From Escherichia coli (GTDB taxonomy: Bacteria > Pseudomonadota > Gammaproteobacteria > Enterobacterales > Enterobacteriaceae): a DNA stretch of 64,000 nt. The notes under the pieces are model-generated. The model saw only the letters and a list, made by a program, of their open reading frames with translations, was not told the origin of the DNA and made no database searches. A program made the translations under genes and the position numbers. Below, in pieces: positions 46,180 to 57,370 of this stretch (its first letter is position 1; every line of letters starts with the position of its first letter). The stretch is from NCBI RefSeq assembly GCF_044647545.1, contig NZ_CP172818.1; one strand, 5' to 3'.

Positions 46180-47079
46180 ATGGATAAAATTCACGCAATG
46201 CAGTTGTTCATCAAAGTCGCGGAGCTGGAAAGTTTTTCCCGCGCGGCGGATTTCTTTGCTTTGCCAAAGGGAAGTGTTTCGCGCCAGATACAGGCACTGG
46301 AACATCAACTTGGCACCCAGCTTCTCCAGCGCACTACGCGACGGGTCAAACTCACGCCAGAAGGCATGACCTATTATCAACGGGCAAAAGATGTGTTGAG
46401 TAATCTCAACGAACTGGACGGTCTGTTTCAACAGGATGCCACCAGTATCAGCGGTAAATTACGCATCGACATCCCGCCAGGAATCGCGAAAAGCCTGTTA
46501 CTGCCGCGTCTGTCGGAATTTCTCTATCTGCATCCGGGAATTGAGCTGGAGCTGAGTAGCCATGACCGTCCGGTAGATATTCTTCATGATGGTTTTGATT
46601 GCGTGATACGCACTGGCGCGTTACCGGAAGATGGCGTTATCGCCCGTCCCCTCGGCAAACTGACCATGGTCAACTGTGCCAGTCCGCACTATCTGACGCG
46701 CTTTGGTTATCCGCAAAGCCCCGACGATCTGACTTCGCACGCAATAGTGCGTTACACACCGCACCTGGGTGTACATCCGTTAGGTTTTGAGGTTGCCAGC
46801 GTTAATGGCGTCCAGTGGTTTAAGTCTGGCGGCATGTTGACGGTAAACAGTAGCGAAAACTATCTCGCCGCCGGTCTTGCCGGTCTGGGGATTATTCAGA
46901 TCCCGCGCATTGCCGTGCGCGAAGCCCTGCGTGCCGGGCGGCTTATTGAAGTATTACCTGGCTACCGTGCCGAGCCGCTCTCCCTTTCGCTGATTTATCC
47001 GCAGCGTCGGGAGCTTTCCCGGCGTGTAAACCTGTTTATGCAGTGGCTGGCTGGCGTAATGAAAGAGCACCTGGACTGA
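46180..47079 (+). CDS. yhjC: LysR-family transcriptional regulator YhjC
   Basis: Within ORF 46108..47079; start at MDKIHAMQLFIKVAELESFSRAA (LysR N-terminal HTH) gives 299 aa. Confidence 0.85.
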   Translation: MDKIHAMQLFIKVAELESFSRAADFFALPKGSVSRQIQALEHQLGTQLLQRTTRRVKLTPEGMTYYQRAKDVLSNLNELDGLFQQDATSISGKLRIDIPPGIAKSLLLPRLSEFLYLHPGIELELSSHDRPVDILHDGFDCVIRTGALPEDGVIARPLGKLTMVNCASPHYLTRFGYPQSPDDLTSHAIVRYTPHLGVHPLGFEVASVNGVQWFKSGGMLTVNSSENYLAAGLAGLGIIQIPRIAVREALRAGRLIEVLPGYRAEPLSLSLIYPQRRELSRRVNLFMQWLAGVMKEHLD

Positions 47080-47127
47080 CCGACTATACTTTTTAAGAAT
47101 GACCACGACAGAAGGACAAAAGAGCGG

Positions 47128-48141
47128 ATGACGCAGGAAAACGAGATCAAACGTCCCACCCAGGATCTGGAGCACGAGCCGATTAAGCAGTTGGATAATA
47201 GCGAGAAAGGCGGCAAAGTTAGCCAGGCGCTGGAAACCGTCACCACTACTGCCGAGAAAGTCCAACGCCAACCGGTTATTGCGCACCTGATTCGCGCAAC
47301 AGAGCGCTTTAACGATCGGCTGGGTAACCAGTTTGGTGCGGCTATCACCTATTTCTCATTTTTGTCGATGATCCCGATTTTGATGGTGTCGTTTGCCGCA
47401 GGGGGCTTTGTGCTGGCCTCCCATCCGATGTTGCTACAGGATATCTTCGACAAAATTCTGCAAAACATCAGCGATCCGACGCTAGCCGCCACGTTGAAAA
47501 ACACCATCAACACCGCCGTTCAGCAGCGTACTACCGTAGGGCTTGTCGGCCTGGCGGTGGCGCTTTATTCCGGCATCAACTGGATGGGTAACCTGCGTGA
47601 AGCGATTCGCGCCCAGTCACGCGATGTCTGGGAACGCTCGCCGCAAGATCAGGAGAAGTTCTGGGTAAAATATCTGCGTGATTTTATTTCGCTGATTGGT
47701 TTGTTGATTGCGCTGATTGTGACGCTTTCGATCACCTCGGTTGCCGGTTCGGCGCAGCAAATGATTATTAGCGCCCTGCACCTGAACAGCATTGAGTGGC
47801 TGAAACCGACGTGGCGGTTGATTGGCCTGGCGATTTCCATCTTCGCCAACTATCTGCTTTTCTTCTGGATCTTCTGGCGCTTGCCGCGCCACCGTCCGCG
47901 CAAAAAAGCCCTGATTCGCGGAACATTTCTGGCTGCGATTGGTTTTGAAGTGATTAAAATCGTGATGACCTACACCCTGCCATCGCTGATGAAATCCCCC
48001 TCTGGCGCAGCATTTGGTTCCGTGCTGGGGCTGATGGCGTTTTTCTACTTCTTCGCCCGTTTGACGCTGTTTTGCGCGGCGTGGATTGCCACCGCCGAAT
48101 ATAAAGACGACCCGCGAATGCCGGGGAAAACGCAGCGGTAA
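47128..48141 (+). CDS. yhjD: inner membrane protein YhjD (YihY/BrkB family)
   Basis: 337-aa ORF, hydrophobic, conserved position. Confidence 0.85.
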   Translation: MTQENEIKRPTQDLEHEPIKQLDNSEKGGKVSQALETVTTTAEKVQRQPVIAHLIRATERFNDRLGNQFGAAITYFSFLSMIPILMVSFAAGGFVLASHPMLLQDIFDKILQNISDPTLAATLKNTINTAVQQRTTVGLVGLAVALYSGINWMGNLREAIRAQSRDVWERSPQDQEKFWVKYLRDFISLIGLLIALIVTLSITSVAGSAQQMIISALHLNSIEWLKPTWRLIGLAISIFANYLLFFWIFWRLPRHRPRKKALIRGTFLAAIGFEVIKIVMTYTLPSLMKSPSGAAFGSVLGLMAFFYFFARLTLFCAAWIATAEYKDDPRMPGKTQR

Positions 48142-48530
48142 TTCAATGATAATCCTGATTTAAACGCCTATACGGTACGATCATCCCCTCGCCCCTTCGT
48201 GGAGAGGATTAGTGATACAAGCCAGCCAGAGACCAGGCAACGACATGCACATAACCACCTGAAACTACATCTCTTCAGGAGCAAACAATTTCATACCAAC
48301 TCATAACCCCAGCATATAAATCCAGTTGGTAACTTTTATTTAACCTGAAACCAGTTTTATCCACTATTTATAAAATTATGTGAAGCATTTCATAGAAGAA
48401 AAATCACTGGCCTAAACATTATCCCCTTTTTGCCTGGTTTTTGACCATTTCCGCGATTTGTTACACATTGAAATATCACTTTTGCTGTGCGTAATATGGC
48501 TATTCGTTAGCCAAAAAATAAGAAAAGATT

Positions 48531-49853
48531 ATGCAAGCAACAGCCACAACACTCGACCACGAGCAAGAATACACGCCGATCAACTCGCGTAATAAAGTCC
48601 TTGTCGCCTCTCTCATTGGCACGGCCATTGAGTTCTTCGACTTTTACATTTACGCCACTGCGGCCGTTATTGTGTTTCCGCATATCTTCTTCCCGCAGGG
48701 CGATCCAACGGCAGCAACGCTACAGTCGCTCGCCACCTTCGCCATCGCCTTCGTCGCGCGCCCCATTGGCTCTGCCGTTTTTGGTCATTTTGGCGATCGC
48801 GTTGGGCGTAAAGCGACGCTGGTCGCCTCGTTGCTAACGATGGGGATTTCGACCGTGGTGATTGGTCTGCTGCCGGGCTATGCCACGATTGGTATTTTCG
48901 CCCCGCTGCTGCTGGCACTGGCTCGATTTGGTCAGGGTCTGGGCTTAGGCGGCGAATGGGGCGGAGCGGCGCTGCTGGCGACTGAAAACGCCCCACCGCG
49001 CAAACGTGCACTGTATGGCTCCTTCCCGCAACTGGGCGCACCGATTGGCTTCTTCTTTGCCAATGGCACTTTCTTGCTGCTTTCCTGGCTACTGACCGAC
49101 GAGCAGTTTATGAGCTGGGGCTGGCGTGTGCCATTTATCTTCTCGGCGGTGCTGGTCATTATCGGTCTGTATGTTCGCGTGTCGCTGCATGAGTCGCCGG
49201 TGTTTGAGAAAGTCGCTAAAGCGAAAAAACAGGTGAAGATCCCGCTGGGTACGCTGCTGACCAAACATGTTCGCGTAACCGTACTGGGTACGTTCATTAT
49301 GCTGGCAACCTATACGCTGTTTTACATCATGACGGTCTACTCTATGACCTTTAGTACCGCCGCCGCGCCAGTTGGGCTTGGCCTGCCGCGTAACGAAGTG
49401 TTGTGGATGCTGATGATGGCAGTGATTGGTTTTGGCGTGATGGTGCCAGTCGCCGGATTACTGGCTGATGCCTTTGGTCGCCGTAAAAGCATGGTAATCA
49501 TCACCACGCTGATCATCCTGTTCGCGCTGTTCGCCTTTAACCCGTTGCTCGGTTCTGGCAACCCGATTCTGGTTTTTGCCTTCCTGCTGCTGGGGTTAAG
49601 TCTGATGGGGCTGACCTTCGGTCCGATGGGCGCGCTGTTACCAGAGCTGTTCCCGACAGAAGTGCGTTACACCGGAGCATCGTTCTCTTACAACGTAGCG
49701 TCGATTCTCGGGGCTTCCGTTGCGCCGTATATCGCAGCCTGGTTGCAGACTAACTACGGGTTAGGTGCGGTGGGGTTATATCTGGCGGCGATGGCTGGCT
49801 TGACGTTAATCGCCCTGCTGCTGACCCATGAGACGCGACATCAGTCGTTGTAA
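48531..49853 (+). CDS. yhjE: MFS transporter YhjE
   Basis: 440-aa ORF, 12-TM MFS-like sequence. Confidence 0.85.
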   Translation: MQATATTLDHEQEYTPINSRNKVLVASLIGTAIEFFDFYIYATAAVIVFPHIFFPQGDPTAATLQSLATFAIAFVARPIGSAVFGHFGDRVGRKATLVASLLTMGISTVVIGLLPGYATIGIFAPLLLALARFGQGLGLGGEWGGAALLATENAPPRKRALYGSFPQLGAPIGFFFANGTFLLLSWLLTDEQFMSWGWRVPFIFSAVLVIIGLYVRVSLHESPVFEKVAKAKKQVKIPLGTLLTKHVRVTVLGTFIMLATYTLFYIMTVYSMTFSTAAAPVGLGLPRNEVLWMLMMAVIGFGVMVPVAGLLADAFGRRKSMVIITTLIILFALFAFNPLLGSGNPILVFAFLLLGLSLMGLTFGPMGALLPELFPTEVRYTGASFSYNVASILGASVAPYIAAWLQTNYGLGAVGLYLAAMAGLTLIALLLTHETRHQSL

Positions 49854-49863
49854 TAAGAGTGAA

Positions 49864-50025
49864 AAGCCTGATGCGCTACGCTTATCAGGCCAGAATTTCC
49901 ATACAATATATTGAATTAGCAAGGATTTGTAAGCCGGAGGCGTTCACGCCGCATCCGGCATGAACAAAGCACACTTTGCCAACAATCTAAATCTGTTTAA
50001 TTGCCGGATGTCAGACATCCGGCAA
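49864..50025. repeat. REP/BIME extragenic palindromes between convergent yhjE and yhjG
   Basis: gcctgatgcgctacgcttatcaggcc, gccggaggcgttcacgccgcatccggca and hairpin ttgccggatgtcagacatccggcaa. Confidence 0.55.
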
Positions 50026-50031
50026 TTATCA

Positions 50032-52092
50032 TCACTTCTTCATCTGCGACAAAATTGTCCTGCACTGATTAGCCTCCCCTTCGGAAGGTGAGATCAGCGC
50101 CAGTAACGCCGCCGCCGGTGTTACCAGCGTTGCCAGTGCCGCCGCAACGGCTCCGCGAGCAATCAACGGCCCGGCTTTCACCCCAGCCTGCGGATTTTTA
50201 AACGTCCCACGTACATACAGCGGCGAACGCAATGTGATAATCCGAATCCCTTTACTCTCCGGATCAATAGTCAAATCCAGCTGTTCCGAAGCAAAACTTG
50301 CCGTACCGGTAACGTTAATCAACGCGTTCTCAGTATCGAAAGCAAAAATCTGCGGGCGCGCCACGCCGTTGGCAATATCCAGATTCGCCGCCGCACAGTT
50401 CACCCGCACCTCATCATCACCAAATATCGCACCGACAATGTAGTTACCGACATTCAGCCCGACAATCTCCATCAGGTTGCGGCTCACCAGCCCGTCATTC
50501 ATCAGCAGTTTCAGGTTGCCGTTACTGTTGCCTAAAAGCGCCGCCACCGAGTTACCGCTACCGCGTAGTTCCGCGTCACCGTTCATTTCCCCCAGCGTCT
50601 TCTGCATCAGTTCCACATCGGGCATCAGTTCTTTCAGTTTCAGTCGACGAGCCTGAATATCTGCCCGCCCTTGCATCGGTTTTTTATCACCTTCCAGATG
50701 AATATTCGCCGCAATGCTGCCGCCCGCCATGCCAAATTTCAGCGGTTGCAGGCGCAGGTCAGCATTTTTGAGGATGATATGAGTAGAAAGATCGCTAATC
50801 GGCAGGCTACTGCCATGCTCAATGCGCCGCCCTTTGAAGCGAACATCGGCATCCATAACGTCCCATTTATCGGTTTCGAAGCGGTCATAAGGCAGCACTT
50901 TGCCCGCAGGCTGAACGCTTTTTTCACCCTTCTTCTGTTCAGACCGTGTCGACTTTTCAGCTCCTTTCCCGGAATCAACGCCAATCAACGGTCCCAGGTC
51001 CGCCAGCCGCAATTGCCGCGACTCGACATCACCTTCCAGTTTTGGTCGTGGCTTGCCGGTGGTGTAGACCAGAGAACCGTGGATATCGCTATCGCCAATG
51101 CGCCCATTAAAGCCGCGATAATCAAAGACCGACGATTTTTCAGTGTCGATTTTCGCTACCAGCCGACCATCCGTTTCAAACGGCGGGGTATCGGGCAGCA
51201 GAACGCCCGTCAGTTCATAGAGAGCACCCAGCGAATCGCCAGAAAATTTAAGCCGTAAATCGACACCCCCCATCTTCATTGGGTCATTCACAACGCCATC
51301 AAAAGCAACACGGGTGTTACCAGAGCGGAAATCAGCCTGTACCGGAAACGGCGTCCCTTCGCCACGCAGCGCCAGCATACCGCCTATTTTTCCCGTACCC
51401 GTGAGCGGTTCACCGTTATAACGTCCCTGCGCCTTCAGGCCAAAAACGTAATCGCCCACCTTTTCTTTATCCGCTTTACCTTTCGATCCAGTAACTTCGC
51501 TGAACGGCAGCGGCTTGCCTAACGGATCAACAAAAATCTCCAGATCCGCTTTGCTTACTTTGTCATCAATCGCGATCCGCCCTTGATCGAACAGAATATT
51601 ATCCAGCCGAAACGACCACGCCGACGGCTTTGCATTCGCGTCTTTGTTGTCATCGCTGGCAAGATTAAACGTCCAGTTATTGTTCTTTTCGGAGAGGCGA
51701 ATCAGGCGCGCGTCGGGCTTTTCGAGCTTGATCCACGGCAACCAGACCGTTTTGGTCAGCAGCGCCAGCGGGGCCAGCGTCGCTTCTACTCGCGGCAAAT
51801 GCACCATTGTGACTTCGGGAATATCCGGTGGATTGCCAAGAATGATGTCTTCCGCGTGTACATGGGGCCACGGCACCCAGCTGCGCCAGCCAGTTTCTTG
51901 CTTTTGCCGCTCCCACACCACGCCCAGATCGCCACGGATAGCGAACGGACGATTCAACTCCGCAGAGACTTTCTGGTTGATGGTCGGTTTGAGTCGATTC
52001 CAGTCAAAAGTTGCAATCAAAATGATCGCCACGACAATCAACAACAAGAAAGCCCCTGAAATCGCAGCGGTTATTTTGCCTGCCTTGCTCAT
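50032..52092 (-). CDS. yhjG: AsmA-family outer-membrane biogenesis protein YhjG
   Basis: ORF 50032..52107 (691 aa); the likely start at MSKAGKITAAISGAF (52092) gives 686 aa, but the upstream Met at 52107 is also possible. Confidence 0.8.
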   Translation of the reverse strand: MSKAGKITAAISGAFLLLIVVAIILIATFDWNRLKPTINQKVSAELNRPFAIRGDLGVVWERQKQETGWRSWVPWPHVHAEDIILGNPPDIPEVTMVHLPRVEATLAPLALLTKTVWLPWIKLEKPDARLIRLSEKNNNWTFNLASDDNKDANAKPSAWSFRLDNILFDQGRIAIDDKVSKADLEIFVDPLGKPLPFSEVTGSKGKADKEKVGDYVFGLKAQGRYNGEPLTGTGKIGGMLALRGEGTPFPVQADFRSGNTRVAFDGVVNDPMKMGGVDLRLKFSGDSLGALYELTGVLLPDTPPFETDGRLVAKIDTEKSSVFDYRGFNGRIGDSDIHGSLVYTTGKPRPKLEGDVESRQLRLADLGPLIGVDSGKGAEKSTRSEQKKGEKSVQPAGKVLPYDRFETDKWDVMDADVRFKGRRIEHGSSLPISDLSTHIILKNADLRLQPLKFGMAGGSIAANIHLEGDKKPMQGRADIQARRLKLKELMPDVELMQKTLGEMNGDAELRGSGNSVAALLGNSNGNLKLLMNDGLVSRNLMEIVGLNVGNYIVGAIFGDDEVRVNCAAANLDIANGVARPQIFAFDTENALINVTGTASFASEQLDLTIDPESKGIRIITLRSPLYVRGTFKNPQAGVKAGPLIARGAVAAALATLVTPAAALLALISPSEGEANQCRTILSQMKK

Positions 52093-52161
52093 CGTTCGCT
52101 TCCTCATATTCTTCCTGTGCCAGTCCTAAAGATAGTCCAGCCAGGCGGAAAATGAGGCAGC

Positions 52162-52929
52162 TTATAGCGCCAGAACCGCCGTATTCAGCGTTTCTATCGG
52201 TGCCGGGCGTGAAAGAAACCAGCCTTGTGCGGCGAATGCGGGCGAGTTCTGTACATCGCGCCACTCTTCCGGCGTTTCTACGCCCTCGACGATCACCCCA
52301 CGACAATAGCGATTCATGAGATGTAAAAGCTGAGAAAAGAGTGTGCGTCCTTCCGGCGACTGACGCAGCATCACAAACAGTTCTCGCGCGATTTTGATGT
52401 AGTCATAACGCACTTCACTTAGTGCAGAGAAATTTGCCATCCCGGTACCAAAATCATCCAGCCACAGCGGGCCAAATTCACACATCGAGGCAAAGGTTGA
52501 ATCTTTCGGCAGACGGATATGCTCCACCAGTTCGAAACGCAGCCAGGGAAGACGCTCAATCTGGCGCAGGATTTTTGGTTGCTGACGCAGGGCGATGAGC
52601 GTAGGGCCATCAATATTGACCGATGCCAGCAGGCCGTGCTCTATAAAGAAGTCGGCTTTTTGCGCCAGCAAATCAATCTGCTCTTTCACAACCTCCATCC
52701 GATGGCTAACGGTGATTTCAGTAAAATAGCGATCCGGCGGCAGGCGTTGCGAAGGGTTCAAGGGATGCGTGACCACCGTTAATAGCTCCACGGCCATTAA
52801 CCGTCCGCAGGTTTGATAGATCGGCTGCCAGGTGTAAGCACGCTCACACTGCAACCAAAAACGCCGTTCCTGCAAGCTCTCGATGCTTGCTTCAGGGTTG
52901 CTTATTCGCTGGATAACCTGCCTTATCAT
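52162..52929 (-). CDS. pdeH: c-di-GMP phosphodiesterase PdeH (EAL domain)
   Basis: Within ORF 52162..52974; start at MIRQVIQRISNPEASIESL gives 255 aa; EAL-domain sequence. Confidence 0.85.
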   Translation of the reverse strand: MIRQVIQRISNPEASIESLQERRFWLQCERAYTWQPIYQTCGRLMAVELLTVVTHPLNPSQRLPPDRYFTEITVSHRMEVVKEQIDLLAQKADFFIEHGLLASVNIDGPTLIALRQQPKILRQIERLPWLRFELVEHIRLPKDSTFASMCEFGPLWLDDFGTGMANFSALSEVRYDYIKIARELFVMLRQSPEGRTLFSQLLHLMNRYCRGVIVEGVETPEEWRDVQNSPAFAAQGWFLSRPAPIETLNTAVLAL

Positions 52930-53075
52930 CAAAGATGTCCTGTGTTTAAAAGTGATGCTGCCCGGACTCGACAAAGATTATCGGCGCGCAAGGGCAGAAC
53001 TTTACCGCCTGGCCGGGGTAAATTTCCCTACTCCACAACGGAATCTTTCAGGAATACGTTCTGGCTCAAAAAAAT

Positions 53076-53092
53076 AATGGAACACTGTTTTA
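53076..53092. promoter_or_regulatory. candidate KdgR operator upstream of kdgK
   Basis: Near-palindrome TGGAACACTGTTTTAAT resembles the KdgR half-sites (GAAACA / TGTTTC), about 70 bp upstream of the kdgK ATG. Confidence 0.35.
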
Positions 53093-53160
53093 ATATGGTT
53101 GACCAGCAAACCACCACAGCGCAAACTAACGCTAATTTTTTACAGATCAGGTTCACGACT

Positions 53161-54090
53161 ATGTCCAAAAAGATTGCCGTGATTGGCGAATGCATGATTG
53201 AGCTTTCCGAGAAAGGCGCGGACGTTAAGCGCGGTTTCGGCGGCGATACCCTGAACACTTCCGTCTATATCGCCCGTCAGGTCGATCCTGCGGCATTAAC
53301 CGTTCATTACGTAACGGCGCTGGGAACGGACAGTTTTAGCCAGCAGATGCTGGACGCCTGGCACGGCGAGAACGTTGATACTTCCCTGACCCAACGGATG
53401 GAAAACCGTCTGCCGGGCCTTTACTACATTGAAACCGACAGCACCGGCGAACGTACGTTCTACTACTGGCGTAACGAAGCCGCCGCCAAATTCTGGCTGG
53501 AGAGTGAGCAATCCGCGGCGATTTGCGAAGAGCTGGCGAATTTCGATTATCTCTACCTGAGCGGGATTAGCCTGGCGATCTTAAGCCCGACCAGCCGCGA
53601 AAAGCTGCTTTCCCTGCTGCGCGAATGCCGCGCCAACGGCGGAAAAGTGATTTTCGACAATAACTATCGTCCGCGCCTGTGGGCCAGCAAAGAAGAGACA
53701 CAGCAGGTGTACCAACAAATGCTGGAATGCACGGATATCGCCTTCCTGACGCTGGACGATGAAGACGCGCTGTGGGGTCAACAGCCGGTGGAAGACGTCA
53801 TTGCGCGCACCCATAACGCGGGCGTGAAAGAAGTGGTGGTGAAACGCGGGGCGGATTCTTGCCTGGTGTCCATTGCTGGCGAAGGGTTAGTGGATGTTCC
53901 GGCGGTAAAACTGCCGAAAGAAAAAGTGATCGATACCACCGCAGCTGGCGACTCTTTCAGTGCCGGTTATCTGGCGGTACGTTTGACGGGCGGCAGTGCG
54001 GAAGACGCAGCGAAACGCGGGCACCTGACCGCAAGTACCGTTATTCAGTATCGCGGCGCGATTATCCCGCGTGAAGCGATGCCAGCGTAA
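53161..54090 (+). CDS. kdgK: 2-dehydro-3-deoxygluconokinase
   Basis: Within ORF 52813..54090; start at MSKKIAVIGECMIELSEKGADVKRGFGGDTLN gives 309 aa; PfkB-family sugar kinase. Confidence 0.9.
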   Translation: MSKKIAVIGECMIELSEKGADVKRGFGGDTLNTSVYIARQVDPAALTVHYVTALGTDSFSQQMLDAWHGENVDTSLTQRMENRLPGLYYIETDSTGERTFYYWRNEAAAKFWLESEQSAAICEELANFDYLYLSGISLAILSPTSREKLLSLLRECRANGGKVIFDNNYRPRLWASKEETQQVYQQMLECTDIAFLTLDDEDALWGQQPVEDVIARTHNAGVKEVVVKRGADSCLVSIAGEGLVDVPAVKLPKEKVIDTTAAGDSFSAGYLAVRLTGGSAEDAAKRGHLTASTVIQYRGAIIPREAMPA

Positions 54091-54185
54091 AAGCAGCATA
54101 TGCAAAAGGCTGGATAGAGTGTTACCCCCCTATCCAGCTCATCCATAAATACCTGATGGTTGTGCTAACTCATCACCATCAGGCA

Positions 54186-55682
54186 TTACTGTACAGGTGG
54201 AATATCCGTCACTTCAGGATGTACGTCATCCGTGGCGACAGATGTGGCGGCAGCCGCAGTCGATGGGGCCATGATTTGATCCCAGGCCGCCTGCAACGCT
54301 TTCATGTTAAATTCCGGCTCGCCTTTCGGCTGCAGCAGTATTAACGCCATATCATTCGACAACTGCTGACGCAGATCCTGATTTAACATCTCCACCGTCA
54401 GGCTGTTAAGGAAATCCTGACGCAGTTTCTGATATTGCTCCGGCGCGATATCGACGACCTGATTTTGCAACGAACGCATCCGCTGCCCCATCAGAATATC
54501 GGTATCAGCTCGCGCATAGGCGGCAAACAGTTTCTGCAGCTCCAGTTTCTTTTGCGCCACTAACGCATTGAACTCTTCTTCCGGCAGACCTTTATCGCGA
54601 ACCTTCGCCAGTTCACGCGCCACCAGATTAAGGTTGCTGTTCAGCTTGTCGTTTGGTGATTCGATGTTGATGGCACACTGCGCACGCAGATACAGCACAC
54701 GACAGTCAAATCCAAGACCGATGTCTTTACTGTTACTGGCGCTTAACGCTTGCTGAACATGCCAGAACAGCGCCTCACGGGCCAGGTCCGCACGCCAGTA
54801 GCGCAGCAGTGCGGCTGATTCACGAATCGGCTGCCACGGCGTATCCCACATGATAGATAGCCGGTCCTGACGCACCGCGTCGGTCATAATACTCACCGCT
54901 TCCGCACGCAGCGGAGAAAGCGTCGGCACCGGAGCCGGTGTTTCACGTTTGCCTTTCAGTTCGCCAAACGTTTTATTGATTTGGTCGACGACCGAGCGCG
55001 CATCCACGTTTCCCACCACCAGCAGCGTCATTGCATCCGGGGTGTACCATTTCTGATAGAAATCTTTAATCTTTTCCGCTTCAACGGGTTGTTTCAGCGG
55101 ATCGGCAGGATCGTGACCTAACAAGGTTGATCCTTTCAGACGATAACGCCACCAACCCTCTTTAGTATCGGCAGGCCAGGTTGCCACCATGTCCTGACTT
55201 TGCAACGCATGGTTGATGGTTTCTGGCGTGATTGTCAGTTTGCCAGTGGCATTTGCCAGATAAGAGAGCGCTTCTTTCAGCAAGTCGTTACGGTTATTGG
55301 GCAAACTCAGATTAAACAGCGTGGTGTCATAAGAGACAATTACCGGCGGCATCGGGCGTTTAGGGTCGATCCCCTGTTGCCACAATGAACGCGCCTGTGC
55401 TGCTTCAAGGCCACCGCTTTGCGTTAACGCAATACGAGGGATGGCGTGGCTGTAACCGCTCTGTTGTGTACTTTCGGCGAGCGAACCGGTATTAACCAGC
55501 AGGCGAATTTCAACACGATCGCTGGGACGCTGGGGCGTGGTCAGCACTTGCCACTGTAAACCGTTGGAAAGCGTCCCCTGTTGCCATGCTGGATCAGGCT
55601 GGAGCGCATCTGCCTGCACATAGCCAGCAGTGGCCATCATCAGCAAACCGCCCGCTAAAAGTCGAATTTTTGTGCCCTGCAT
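54186..55682 (-). CDS. yhjJ: M16-family zinc peptidase-like periplasmic protein YhjJ
   Basis: 498-aa ORF with N-terminal signal peptide. Confidence 0.85.
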   Translation of the reverse strand: MQGTKIRLLAGGLLMMATAGYVQADALQPDPAWQQGTLSNGLQWQVLTTPQRPSDRVEIRLLVNTGSLAESTQQSGYSHAIPRIALTQSGGLEAAQARSLWQQGIDPKRPMPPVIVSYDTTLFNLSLPNNRNDLLKEALSYLANATGKLTITPETINHALQSQDMVATWPADTKEGWWRYRLKGSTLLGHDPADPLKQPVEAEKIKDFYQKWYTPDAMTLLVVGNVDARSVVDQINKTFGELKGKRETPAPVPTLSPLRAEAVSIMTDAVRQDRLSIMWDTPWQPIRESAALLRYWRADLAREALFWHVQQALSASNSKDIGLGFDCRVLYLRAQCAINIESPNDKLNSNLNLVARELAKVRDKGLPEEEFNALVAQKKLELQKLFAAYARADTDILMGQRMRSLQNQVVDIAPEQYQKLRQDFLNSLTVEMLNQDLRQQLSNDMALILLQPKGEPEFNMKALQAAWDQIMAPSTAAAATSVATDDVHPEVTDIPPVQ

Positions 55683-55901
55683 GTGAACCCCTGATCAACT
55701 ATCCTGGTAATAAAAAACTGCCCGTTGTCGGTCAGTCTAAATGACGTTAAAAACACTTCGTGTTAGACCGCAAGAACATGAAAATGTCACGGAAGAAGTG
55801 AAATAAACCTGAACTCACCCAGGTGGTAAGTTCAGGCACAGGGGTCAATTATGCGCAAACACCCGCACTCGGGGAAGGGAGTGCGGGCATAAGTGGTGAG
55901 A

Positions 55902-57224
<1,323 letters not shown>

Positions 57225-57370
57225 TTATGGGGTACCTGCGGCCTTAAAATAACACCCAGACAACATCACAGAAATGTACCTGGATCATAATTGAAACAAA
57301 AAGGTTAAAAAGTTTGAGCTGGCTCGCACAAACCAGCACTTTTTAAAGTTTTGTAATCAGTTTGGGGTAG

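Noticed and set aside
50671-51258. 195-aa + strand ORF inside yhjG
   Set aside because: Antisense to the AsmA-family gene yhjG; spurious.
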